In this document: in pieces, positions 31,061 to 42,938 of the stretch
How positions within the stretch are numbered: position 1 is the first letter of the stretch
Layout of the letters: every line of letters starts with the position of its first letter
NCBI GenBank assembly: GCA_951406725.2
Contig: OX597820.1
Span: forward strand, 74,338,001 to 74,402,000
Reading direction: 5' to 3'
From: Octopus vulgaris
Taxonomy: Eukaryota
Length of the DNA: 64,000 bases
Translations under genes and position numbers: made by a program
The notes under the pieces: model-generated
Seen by the model: only the letters and a program-made list of their open reading frames with translations
Told to the model about the DNA's origin: nothing
Database searches by the model: none

Positions 31061-31440
31061 CAGGAGATCAGATATAATTGTAGTTTAATATCATAGACTT
31101 TGTAATACCATATAGTATGGTGGATAGCAAAGTTATTAAGAAAATTGAGACACACAGGGACCAAACCAGAGAAATAAAGAGATTATGAGACGTAAAGGTG
31201 ACGTTTGTTCCTTAGGGTAATAGGTGCGCTCGACAAAATACTCAAATTGTTATACAAAAGGCTGAAAGATATTTGCAATTGAGACACGCATTGTTCACAA
31301 GTAGAGAAATGCTATTCTATACTTTGCAAGAATCCCTCCCAAAATTCTTGAGATTTGAGGATTGTCACCAAATCAGAGGATAAAACATTACCACTAATTG
31401 CATTAACGTGTAATAGCTTTTGAGTATTAATAACAATAAT
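31060..31440 (+). mobile_element. Highly decayed R4/Dong-like 3' remnant
   Basis: gtaataggtgcgctc (VIGAL) motif and an AAT-rich end; weak. Confidence 0.4.
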
Positions 31441-31444
31441 CTTT

Positions 31445-31845
31445 ATCATTTCTATTATAGGCACAAGGCCTGAAATTTGGCGGAGGAGACGGTCGATGTC
31501 ATCAATCCGAATACTCAACCGGTGATTATTTCATCGACCCCTGAAAGGATGAAAGGCAAAATCGACGAGGGCGGAATTTGAACTCAGAACGTAAAGACAG
31601 ACGAAATACCTATTTCTTTACTACCCACAAGGGGCTAAACACAGATGGAACAAACAAGGACAGACAAACGGATTAAGGCAATTATATCGACCCCAGTGCG
31701 CAACTGGTACTTATTTAACCGACCCCGAAAGGATGAAAGGTAAAGTCGACCTCGGCGGAATTTGAACTCAGAACGTAGCGGCAGACGAAATACCGCTAAG
31801 CATTTCACCTGGTGTACTAACGATTCTGCCAGCTCGCCATCTTGT
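31445..31845 (-). mobile_element. SINE family A dimer
   Basis: Two units with the junction gacgaaatacctatttcttta. Confidence 0.87.
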
Positions 31846-32199
31846 AGAATTAATAATAATAATAGCGATGCTTTTGTTGTCCCGTTCTTTGTCAGCCTTC
31901 AATTAGTAGACTTATGATGAAAGAGATTCCTCCAGGAAATGTCCTACATTTTTGCATAATTAGGACTGAAATTATGAACTGCTCTTTCTAGCAAATCGAA
32001 TGAGGCACAGAGGTTTCACCAGTGACTCAATATAATATTTTCTTTTGCGAGATTCTGTTTGTGTATGTTTTGCTTTCTAAATCGAAAGTAAACGCTACCT
32101 AAAAGATTGAGGCCCTTGTGTCAAGGCAACAGAGAAACCTTTAGCGGTTACCCGACTGGTTTGAAAAGAATCATAAATAAAGTACCCTTAGATCCCATC

Positions 32200-32390
32200 C
32201 TAGGGCGACGAGCTGACAGAATCATTAGCACGCCGGGCAAAAATGTTTAGCGGCATTTCGTAACACCTTTACGTTCCAAGTTCAAATCCCGACGAGGTCG
32301 ACTTTGCCTCTCAGCCTTTTGGGGCTGGATTAATCAAAGTAATCGAATTGACCCTTCTTCCGAAATTACTGGTTTTGAAACCTAAAATCA
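32200..32390 (+). mobile_element. SINE family A copy (diverged)
   Basis: ggcgacgagctgacagaatcattagcacgccgggc..gttcaaatcccgacgaggtcgactttgcc. Confidence 0.75.
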
Positions 32391-33425
32391 CATCCTCACC
32401 GCCAAAGAAAAAGCAAACTGTGATAATGGCCTCTGATTCAGATACATTGGAAAGAGACAAGATAGCTACAGTTGCAATACTTTTATAATTATAGATTTGC
32501 TTGATAAAAGGTGAACTGGGTTCAAATTGCGCCAACAAAAGTAACACTAAATCTCCGCATCATTAATTCCTCTGGAAAAAGAAAAATGGACAGCATAACT
32601 ATTACAAATTCATCTGTACTTATATTGGAAAATTTCTGCATTTTCATCTATTTGATAAATCAATTACTGCAAATCTTATAAAACTATTGCAAAGAAGACA
32701 CCTAATGGATATTGCATTCGGTGGGGGGGAAAATCTCTCTTTATTACCACTATTACCACCACTTTCGCTACACCACCACCATCACAACCACCACGACCCC
32801 CACCAACGTCACCATTGCCCTGCTCAAAAAACATAAAAACATGAAAACAAGTGAGAAAATGTATGAAAGACAGAGAAACAGAAACAAAAAAAAAAAAGGC
32901 CCCAAAACAAGAGGAAAATCTAATTAGATCTATTGATATTATTGTGAGACAAGAACTAAATCGCCATTGTTTCAGAAAAATGGTCGTTAAAATGTTGAGA
33001 AATGTCGGTTTGTTGGTAGCTAAATGGGATTCATTGTTCCGAATAAAGAAAGTAATAGATAGTTTGCTACGAAATAATAATAATTACTACCGTTGTGAAA
33101 CGATAGCTAATTTATAGAGAAATGGAGAAGAAAAATAACAGATAATGAAAATAATATACTAAAAGAAAGAAAAAATAACAAAATAGTGTGTGTGATGGAA
33201 TTGTGGGCGTAAAGGGGGAGGTAACTGAGAATGTTAAATAATGTCTGGTAACATGTTGCAGTATGGTATAAGGTAGTTAGTAACAAAACACGGAAATAGT
33301 TGCATCTATAATGCGTAATGATGGCTTTGCTGTGAAATTGGTGGTTATCTGCAGCAACGTTCAAACGTTATAATTTGTCATCATATAGGTATTTATCCTT
33401 TGGTATACTATATGTACATGTGCAC

Positions 33426-33486
<61 letters not shown>

Positions 33487-33506
33487 CACATATATATGGA
33501 TATATG

Positions 33507-33538
<32 letters not shown>

Positions 33539-33580
33539 AATATATATATACATATATATATACATATATATGTATATATG

Positions 33581-33614
<34 letters not shown>

Positions 33615-33646
33615 AATATATATATATACATATATATGTATATATG

Positions 33647-33697
<51 letters not shown>

Positions 33698-33764
33698 GCA
33701 TATATATATATATATATATGTCTGTGTGTGTGTATTTATGTGAATGCATGTGTGTGTGGCTATA

Positions 33765-33986
33765 TTCTTTTATTCTCTTATTTGTTTCAGTCATTTGACT
33801 GCGGTCATGCTGGAGCACCGCCTTTGGTCGAACAAATCTTTGAAGCCTAGTACTTATTCTATCGATCACTTTTGCCGAACCTGCTACGTTACGGGGACGT
33901 AAACACACCAGCATCGTTTTTGAAGCGATGGTGGGTGTACAAACACAGACATGCATCATAGACACACACACGCACACACTCACACA

Positions 33987-34025
<39 letters not shown>

Positions 34026-34207
34026 ACACACACACAAATATATATATACGACGGGCTTCTTTCAGTTTCCGTCTCCCAAATCCACTCACAAGGCTTTGGT
34101 CAGTCCGAGGCTATACTAGAATACACTCGCCCAAGGTGAAACGCAGTGGGACTGAATCCGAAATCATGCGGTTGGTAAGGGAGCTACTTGCCACACAGCC
34201 ACTCCTG
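33765..34207 (-). mobile_element. SINE family B copy
   Basis: tttcagtcatttgactgcgg..ctggagcaccgcct..aaatccactcacaaggctttggtc..cacacagccac. Confidence 0.85.
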
Positions 34208-34265
34208 CATGTGTGTATGTGTATGTATGTATGTATGTATGTATGTATGTATGTATGTATGTATG

Positions 34266-34498
<233 letters not shown>

Positions 34499-34795
34499 AA
34501 CACATAAATACACACATACACACACATATACAATGGTACTCCGTCGGTTACAACGAAGAGTGTTCCAGTTGATCCGATCAACAGAACAGCCTGCTAGTGA
34601 AATAAACGTGCAAAAGACTGAGTGCTCCATAGACACGCGTACCCTTAACATAGTTTTGAGGAAGATTCAGCGTGACACAGAATATGACAAAGCCAGCCCT
34701 TTGTCAGCTGAGTGGACAATGCTTTGCTCAAGGACAGAACGGATCTCCAGGAATCGAACACACGATTTTACGTTCGTGAGCCGAATATGGATCAA

Positions 34796-34841
34796 TATTA
34801 TCTGGTGATCCGAAAAGACGGCGAAACCGACAGTTTTAATA
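34796..34841 (+). ncRNA. Decayed type I hammerhead motif
   Basis: tattat-CTGGTGA-t-ccg-aaaaga-cgg-c-GAAA-ccgacag-TT-ttaata; one core substitution, stems partly retained. Confidence 0.45.
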
Positions 34842-35739
34842 AATTAACGGTTAATTAGTTCGATCACAAATTCTGTGCTTATCTATTGTACGTATGCACT
34901 AGGATCTTCCCCCACAATAAAGCTGATATAGTGAAACGGTTCGCAGTCTTTAATTTGTTTGCCAATTGAAACGAAATTGTTTCCCGATAGCAGTTTTATT
35001 ACTTCAGTAACCCGCATAAACTTCCCTTCATTTTGGTTCTCTGAAATTACAACAGTAACCGCATTTCTGTGTTCAAATTTGTGTAGAGTATGTGAATACA
35101 AAAGCGCGTTTTGAATAAGAAATTTTAGTTTTTCGTTTTTCCATATTGATTGTAACCTTTGAAGCAATTCCAACATACTCTACGTAATCTATCGGCATAT
35201 GAGATGTAGACATTTGGATGTGTTACTTTTATTGAAGTGATGTACTGATGACGTAATGGAGTGTGATGAAACGTGGTTGTCACGTGATGATTATGTAGGT
35301 TGCAAGTTTGAAATCCACGATGACTGACGAAGATGAATTTGGACGAATGATGGCGAAAATTGCATTTTGCGATGACCAAATTTAAACAAAATACTTTGCG
35401 ATAATTTTGTACAAAGACATATTTTGTTAGCAAAAAATGCTTGTTTTTCTCTTTTAACACGGACCAAAGAGAACAATATTTAAAAAAAAAATATATATAT
35501 ATGTATGAAATTCCGGATGCTGTAGCTATTACTTCTAGCATGTAACATAACCCCTCCACTGTCATTGTGTATTCACAGAGTAAAGTATTACTATTTTGAG
35601 AAGGTATAGCTGAAGACACTTGTCTAAGGTACCACGCAGTGGTTCTAAACCCGAAAACCATGCGGTTGAGAAGCAAACTTGTTACCACACAGCTACTTCT
35701 GTGTATAGATTTAGATTTAACTTTTTTAATTCTAACATA

Positions 35740-36222
35740 AGTCATTAGACTATATATTATTCATATAGAAATACAATAAGAGGCTTCCAAATAGGAAAGC
35801 GTTGTGCTAGAACACAAAAAAGGATAAATTCACGAAAGGAATGAACATTAAAAACGTTTAATTTCTCAGCTATTTCCCAGACCGACGGTTTCTAACTATT
35901 TCCAGCCAAAAATATTTGCTGAAGGCCAGTTTCTTCAGTGGGACAGCCTTTAGAATCCAGACATACAGACAGCTAGATCCACATGTAGACCTATCGGGAC
36001 AGCCTTTAGAATCCAGACATACAAACCGTTAGGTCTACATGTGGATCTAGCTGTCTGTATGTCCCACTGAAGAAAACTGGCCTTCAGCAAATACTTTTTT
36101 GCTGAGATGGTAAACGTTTTTAATTTTCATTCCTTTCGTGAATTTATCCTTTTTTGTGTTCTAGTACAACGCTTTCCTATTTGGAAGCCTCTTATATATG
36201 AATAATATATAGTCTAAAGACT
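35740..36222. repeat. Near-perfect long inverted repeat (~200-bp paired arms) with an internal 28-bp direct duplication
   Basis: taagaggcttccaaataggaaagcgttgt mirrors acaacgctttcctatttggaagcctctta; gacatacagacagctagatccacatgtagacct mirrors aggtctacatgtggatctagctgtctgtatgtc. Confidence 0.95.
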
Positions 36223-36276
36223 AATTCGTTTTTTGTGCTAGGCCACTGGTAATAATAATTTATTATGACCCTATTT

Positions 36277-36307
<31 letters not shown>

Positions 36308-36313
<6 letters not shown>

Positions 36314-36600
36314 CAGGGCGAGACTGCTAGGTAGTCGGCCGTATGCTAGAAATAGATCATCAACGATCAAACTACAAAGGAAATTCTCTAGGGGGAAAAA
36401 TTCAGCGAACACCAGAACCAAATTTGGCGGGCAGGACAGATGAAAATTTATATAAAAAACAGAATTAAATGCATACCTCGGTTTCGGCCTTTAACAAAAG
36501 AATTACTTACATAATTCAAATGTCCGTGGCTTCATCAGTGCATTCGTTCAGTGTAAATGCAAACTGAAAAAATAACCCCAGCTTTCTCGCCCTGCCAATA
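36308..36600 (-). mobile_element. ~290-bp hammerhead-carrying element bounded by 16-bp inverted repeats, next to (TA)n
   Basis: tattggcagggcgaga (36308-36323) / tctcgccctgccaata (36585-36600); internal hammerhead. Confidence 0.8.
36468..36544 (-). ncRNA. Type I hammerhead ribozyme
   Basis: Minus strand: AATGCA-CTGATGA-agcc...ggcc-GAAA-CCgaGG-TA-TGCATT; perfect 6-bp stem I, canonical core, short stem III, GUA site. Confidence 0.85.
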
Positions 36601-36693
36601 TACACATATATTAGAATTTTCTCTGACTTCTCAGATTTTTTGTATGTTTTAAATTGATATTAAAATTAATATTAATTTATCTCCCTCATTATT

Positions 36694-36754
<61 letters not shown>

Positions 36755-36778
36755 TTCTGATTATATTTTAGATATTTC

Positions 36779-36853
36779 AATTACCTGAAGATTGACTGTA
36801 ACCATAACTCGAATTATTACGAATTGGACAGCCATGAAACGATCGTAGTGTTT
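36779..36853 (+). ncRNA. Type I hammerhead ribozyme in an AT-rich ~240-bp element between (TA)n tracts
   Basis: aattac-CTGAAGA-t-tgactgt...acagcca-t-GAAA-CGATCG-TA-gtgttt; palindromic stem III ACGATCGT. Confidence 0.75.
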
Positions 36854-36983
36854 TACTCTTTATCTTTTATTAAACTTTTAATACTTTTGATATATATTTA
36901 AAATAATATAAATTAATTAATTTTATGTATTGGCTTGTTTTTCATTGTTTGATTTGCTTAATAGTGGTTTTATCTCTAATTTA

Positions 36984-37054
<71 letters not shown>

Positions 37055-37064
37055 GACTCCGTCG

Positions 37065-37405
37065 GTCACGAATGACCATAGGTGCACCTAAGAGGTTCTC
37101 TCTCCAGAGTACAAATCTGGGCAGAAAGTCGCCTCACCGGCGAACGCACAACCTTGGGTTGTTAGCATGGAAGACCAGTAGTTGCCCATGCATACCAGCC
37201 TCCTCTCTCCACACCACCAATGTTATCCAAGGGAAAGGCAAAAGCCGATACAGCTTGGCACCAGTGACGTCGCAAATCATTTCTACAGCTGTGTGAACTG
37301 GAGCAACGTGAAATAAAGTGTCTTGCTCAAGAACACGACACAAAGTCTGGTCTGGGAATCGAACCCACAGCCTCACAATCATAAGCTCGACGCTCTAGCC
37401 ACCCT
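37065..37405 (-). mobile_element. SINE family C copy
   Basis: gtgtcttgctcaagaacac..gggaatcgaacccac..ctagccac head; body homologous to 39360-39675. Confidence 0.8.
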
Positions 37406-37441
37406 TCACTATATCTATATCTATATATATATATATATATC

Positions 37442-37513
<72 letters not shown>

Positions 37514-37565
37514 GGTGCCCCAGCATGGCCACAGCTCATGAGCTGAAACTAGAATCAATCAATCA

Positions 37566-37603
<38 letters not shown>

Positions 37604-37735
37604 AACACATAGGCAGAGAAAGTGAGACATTAAAAGAAAAAGCAATCCCAACACGGGCACGATAATTTATTTATCGACCCAAAATGGAAAAAATAATATG
37701 CTAAGTTAAAATCGGTAAAATTTGAACTTACAGCT

Positions 37736-38030
37736 ATGAATAACTATCGAATTAATTGATAGGACACGATTAACGCTAGAATTAATCTGGATAATCTAAA
37801 TAATCTGACCAAGTATAGAATTAATCTGTATGGCACAAATAAACGTAGAATTAATCTTCAGAAAACGAAAACAACTGTCGAATTGATTTATACGACACGG
37901 CCAAATGTACCATTAATCTGTACTTTAGGAATAACGGTACAAGTATTCTGTAGAATATGAATAACTATGTAATTAATATCCAGGATATAAATTACTGTAT
38001 GCTGGTTATGCAGAATATGAAGAGTAGTCA
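37736..38030 (+). repeat. Diverged ~30-bp-period minisatellite (about 10 units, recurring agaattaatct)
   Basis: gaattaat(c/t)t recurs at roughly 30-bp spacing. Confidence 0.7.
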
Positions 38031-38267
38031 TTTTTGTTTTTGCTGCTGTTGTTTTGTAATAGTAGCAGTGTTTTAATAGTAGTAATAGTAGAAGTAGTAT
38101 TAGTAGTAGTAGTAGTGTCTATTGTGCTATTTTTGTAGAAGTAGTAGTAGTAGCAGTTGTTGTTCTAGTAGTAGCAATAGTTGTAGTAGTTCTCTAGATG
38201 TAACTCAGCTTTATTGAGCTCTCATCTATGATTAACGGCGTTCTAATAGTGACCATGACCATCCCAA

Positions 38268-38413
38268 CTAGGAGTGGCTGTGCTTCCCAACCACATGGTT
38301 CTGTGTTCAGTCCCACTGCATGGCATCTTGGATATGTGTCTTCTACTATAGCCTTGGTCCGATCAAAGCCTTGTGAGAGGGTTTGGTTGAGGGAAACTGA
38401 AAGAAGCCTGTCA

Positions 38414-38449
<36 letters not shown>

Positions 38450-38652
38450 TGTATGTATATGTTTGTGTGTCTGTGTTTGTCTCCCCACCGTCGCTTCAAA
38501 CCTATGTACCTTAGTAGTTCGGGAAAAGACACCGATACAATAAGTACTAAGCTTACAAAGAATAAGTCTGATGGTAGATTTGTGCGACTAAAGGCAATGT
38601 TCCAGTATGGCCGCAGTCAAATGACTGAAACAAATAAAAGAATAAAAGAATA
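38268..38652 (+). mobile_element. SINE family B copy
   Basis: tgcttcccaaccacatggtt..ttcagtcccactgc..ccagtatggccgcagtcaaatgactgaaac. Confidence 0.85.
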
Positions 38653-39359
38653 CTAGATTGTTTTATGCTTTACTCTTTTTAAAAAAGATGGTTGGGTGTG
38701 TTATGACTGTTGTTTCTTGCAATTCAAGACTGCATAGAGACTGCTCTGCTGCTTCGTAGAATAATTAATGTAGTCTTAATCTTTTGGGTACCAATAACTT
38801 TGGTATCAGGAATCTGTTGAGGTTTGGCTGAATCAGGCGAACGTTTGATATCCGTCAGACGATTTAACAATTTAAGTAGCTTCTTTGTACTCTGAGTTCG
38901 AATTCTGCCGAGATTATCTACGTCTTTCACTCTCTCAATATTTATGAAATAAAATAAAGAACTATTCAAGAATTGTGGACAAAATAATCCCCTAGATATC
39001 AATGCGAGGACTCGGATCAATGTAACAAATCACTTTGCTAATGACATCGAATGCTGTCTGGTGAAAGAGGTCACCAAACAGCATTAAAAATAATCATCAC
39101 CTCCGTCACCACCACCTTCAATGTTAACAACTAACAATGGATCAATAAGGAAGCCTCTCAGGGGCTGGTTGATTTGCCGCAATTGGTAATAAAATATCCT
39201 TCAAATCAATACTATAACATCTTAAAAATAGGAAAGTCCATATAGGCCCAATCATGACTATGCAGTTAGAAAGAACTGTCTGGTGAAATTGTTACATGGT
39301 ACAATAGTTGATTGTATTAAAATCAATTGCACCTGTTCTTATGATTACTTAGGTAAGGG

Positions 39360-39675
39360 GTTAAAACCCCTACGGTTATGAATGACCATGGATTTGCACC
39401 AAGAGAGTTCCCCTCTGAGGCACAAGTCCGGGCAAGGTTGTTTTTCTGGAAAACCAGCAGTTGACCAAGCATACCAGCTTCCTTATCCAAGAGAAAGGCA
39501 AAGGGACCGATACAGCTTAGCACCAGTGACATCACAGCTCATTTTTACAGCTGAATGAACTGGAGCAAGTGAAATAAAGTGTCTTGTTCAAGAATACAAT
39601 ACATAGCCCGATCCGGGAATCGAACTCACTACCTCATGATTATGAGCCCGACGCTTTAACCACAGAACCATGTGA
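39360..39675 (-). mobile_element. SINE family C copy
   Basis: Homologous to 37065-37405. Confidence 0.8.
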
Positions 39676-39972
39676 TTGCTTAGTGACTGTTACCTGTAAG
39701 AGAAGTAGGTAGGAAGCTCGTTTTGTAGCCTTGTAGTTTTGGATTCAGTCCCAATACGCATCAACTTAAACAAGAGTCTCCTACTTTAGATCAGGGCTGA
39801 CTAATGCCTTCTGAGTGGATTTCATAGAGGAAATTGTGTGGAAGCCTGCCATATACATGAATATATGTGTGTGAGTATATATGTACGTGTGTGTGTATGT
39901 GTACGTGTGTGCCTGTTATATATATATATGTATGTGTGAGTGTGTGTGTGTGTGTGTGTATGTGTGTGCCTG

Positions 39973-40023
<51 letters not shown>

Positions 40024-40130
40024 TATATATATTAGGTACATAAGTTGAAGCACCAAATCAATCCGGTATTATTCGCACAGCTCGAAGTAAGGTGAATAAA
40101 ATCAAAATAAGCAACAGGATATCAAGTAGT

Positions 40131-40220
40131 TATGCAGTACGACCGTTTCAAGCGGCTCCATTTAATTGAACAATGCAATCATTACATCAGTTTAAATGCA
40201 ATGCCATTTTCAACTGCACA
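40131..40220 (-). ncRNA. Decayed type I hammerhead motif in a (TA)n-abutting element
   Basis: Minus strand: TGTGCAG-TTGAAAA-tggc...gccgctt-GAAA-CGgtCG-TA-CTGCATA; 7-bp stem I and stem III intact, core has two substitutions from CTGAAGA. Confidence 0.6.
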
Positions 40221-40235
40221 AATAAATAAATAGAA

Positions 40236-40678
40236 TTTTAACTAGTCGGATACATTAATATAATTTTTCTCAACTATTTTAACAGAGCAAGATGGAAAAA
40301 ACTCCTGTTGTCGCATTGTAGCTAAGAATAGACTACACTTCCAAGAATCGTATGAAGCTTATTGGTGTCATAATGTTGTAAGAGATTGTAATTCATTTCT
40401 AATTTATTTATCTCTTTATCAACTACTAAATCTAAGACTAGAAGACTGTCTGATTTGAATAAAGGACAAAAGTGAGTTGACAGCTGATGACTAAAGAGAA
40501 AAATGAATTAGAAATGAATTACAATCCCTTACAAAACTATGACACCAATAAGCTTTATGCGATTCTTGGAAGTGTAGTCTATTATTGGCTACACTAGCGA
40601 CAACACGAATTTTTTCCATCTCTTTGCTTTGTTAAAATATTTGAAAAAAAATTATATTAATGTGTCCAACTGGTTAAG
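40236..40678. repeat. Long inverted repeat, ~180-bp arms, ~70-bp spacer
   Basis: aatagactacacttccaagaatcg mirrors cgattcttggaagtgtagtctatt; aagcttattggtgtcata mirrors tatgacaccaataagctt. Confidence 0.93.
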
Positions 40679-40689
40679 ATTATACCACT

Positions 40690-41170
40690 AAGACGAAGTA
40701 CCAATTATACCACTAAGCATTTCGCCCTGCGTGCTAACGTTTCTGCCAGCTCGCCGCCTTAGAAATATACTTTTCTACTCTAAGCACAAAGCCCGAAAGT
40801 TTTGGTGGAGGGGACCATTTGATCAGATCGACCTCAGTACACAACTGGTACTTAATTTATCGACCCCGAAAGGATGAAAGACAAAGTTGACCTTGACGGA
40901 ATTTGAACTCAGAACCTAACGGCAGACGAAATACCTATTTCTCTACTGCCCACAAAGGGCTAAACACAGAGGGGACAAGCAAGGACAGACAGACAGATTA
41001 AGTCGATTATATCGACCCCAGTGCATAACTGGTACTTATTTAATCGACCTCGGAAGGATGAAAGGCAAAGTCGACCTCGGCGGAATTTGAACTCAGAACG
41101 TAACGGCAGACGAAATACCGCTAAGCATTTCGCCCGACGTGCTAACCATTCTGCCAGCTCGCCGCCTTAC
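40690..41170 (-). mobile_element. SINE family A head fragment plus dimer
   Basis: Two heads ending ctgccagctcgccgcctt (40760, 41168) and two cores. Confidence 0.87.
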
Positions 41171-41994
41171 TTATTCAGGATATTGTCATACTGGCAAAAT
41201 CTGCCAAAGGAAATAATGTGACGATTAGCTTTACTCCAGCTTATCGTAGGGGACCTATAGCTGCGGAGGTTAGATGGACTCCGTAGTCACGGGATTCCGA
41301 GATAACTGCATACTGAACTTCGTGTAATAGATTTGGTAATTTTTGTAGCTCTGAATACTTGCTTTCGCATATTTCCTGCTTAGTGGACAGCGAGAAGTAT
41401 ACATGGTAAATTTTCTCATATGTCTGGAGACAGTATAGAAAGTATGGGAGCTCATTCTTAGCTGTTCGACTGCATCCATATTGACCCTCAGTATGTATAT
41501 GTCTCTCTGTCTGTATGTGTATCCGTATGTCTGTTTATCTGTATGCATGTATGCTTGTCTATAGTAAGCTTGCCACTCGTATAGTTAGTAACAGTCGTTA
41601 TGGCATTGTTCAAGTCGCACTCGACTTAAACTCTTGCATGGCATCGCTGACAATTCCTGTCAGCGATGGTCATGCTCCTCTAATGAATAGATAGCCATCA
41701 TCTATGTACGTATGTATTTACGCCGTATATCGTGACAGCGAAGTGGAGAAACGCTGCGTTATTCAATTTATATACTTATACAGACGCATACACATGCATA
41801 CACACGCACGCATGAACACACACACACACACACACACACACAACACAAAATCACACCTAAACACATACACACACACATTATTGCTTTGACTTAGACAAAA
41901 GTAGGGAGGAGAAAATTCAGTATAATGTGTACTTTGGCTAGTTATTGATTCACACACCACTGCACACCAAACGACAGGCTAGTGGTGGTGGTGT

Positions 41995-42074
<80 letters not shown>

Positions 42075-42349
42075 CTGCTGCTGTTGCTTACCATCAAGTC
42101 ATGCGAAATGTTATGGCTCATAGCACTTGCAAGGTGAGTGGATTACTTTCGGTGCCTGGCGTCCATTTTCTTGTTGTTGACATCGTGGTAATGGTTATGT
42201 TTATGGTGGTGGCGGTGGTGACCGTCACCGTCGTCGTTACGAGTGTCTTTTTTTGTTTTAGGTGTGTAGTGTTGTTGCATTTGCAATTAACACACGCCTG
42301 CGTATTAGTATTCTCCAAGAGCTAACAGTAAGTCTTATGGATATTACTA

Positions 42350-42468
42350 TTGGGTTGTCCGGAAAGTTCTTGCCGATTTTTAAAGGAAAGAAATAAGTCA
42401 ATAAATACTTGCCATTACATTTTTAATCAACCAAATATGAACCATTTTGTTGCACAATGCGTTTCCAT
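42350..42468 (-). mobile_element. mariner 3' end (TIR plus transposase C-terminus)
   Basis: TA-ttgggttgtccggaaagtt TIR-like end; minus strand translates WKRIVQQNGSYLVD*. Confidence 0.75.
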
Positions 42469-42589
42469 ATTTTTGTGTGTATGTATGTATGTATGTATGT
42501 ATGTATGTGCAGATTTGTATGTTTTATGTATATATTTTTATGCATATAATTACATATCTAGACATGTTCATATATATTTAAATGATAAA

Positions 42590-42938
42590 CTTCAAGGAAG
42601 TTTTTCAAATTTCTACAATTCCAGTGATGGATTGGATCTGTAGTCTTTGAATTAGTTTTCTCTTTTCTCGTTTTGAGAAGCCTAATTTCTCAAGATTGGT
42701 GTTTAGGCAGTGTGTTACATATCCCAGGACTCCAACAATCACAGGTATAAACCTGAACCTGTAATCTGGATAGAGTAACTGCAGGTTTCTCAATAGTTCA
42801 GCATAGGTGTTCTCTTTTTCACTGATCTTCAGCTTTATGTTAACATCCGCTGGGCAGCTGATTTCCTCAACTGTACACAGTTTCTCTTCTCTATCTCAAG
42901 TCATTATATCAGGTGTGTTGTGCTTACATTTTATTGTA
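42590..42938 (-). mobile_element. Restriction-like-endonuclease LINE (R4/Dong-like) 3' fragment
   Basis: KCKHNTPDIM..CTVEEISCPADVN..YAELLRNLQLLYPDYRFRFIPVIVGVLG. Confidence 0.75.

Noticed and set aside
34883-35176. 97-aa minus-strand ORF
   Set aside because: No recognisable motif or splice context.
35238-35283. CTGATGA...GAAACGTGGTT hammerhead-like motif
   Set aside because: Weak stem II, and stem I needs a 3-nt bulge next to the core.
40480-40525. CTGATGA...GAAA inside the palindrome spacer and arm
   Set aside because: No stem I or stem III pairing.
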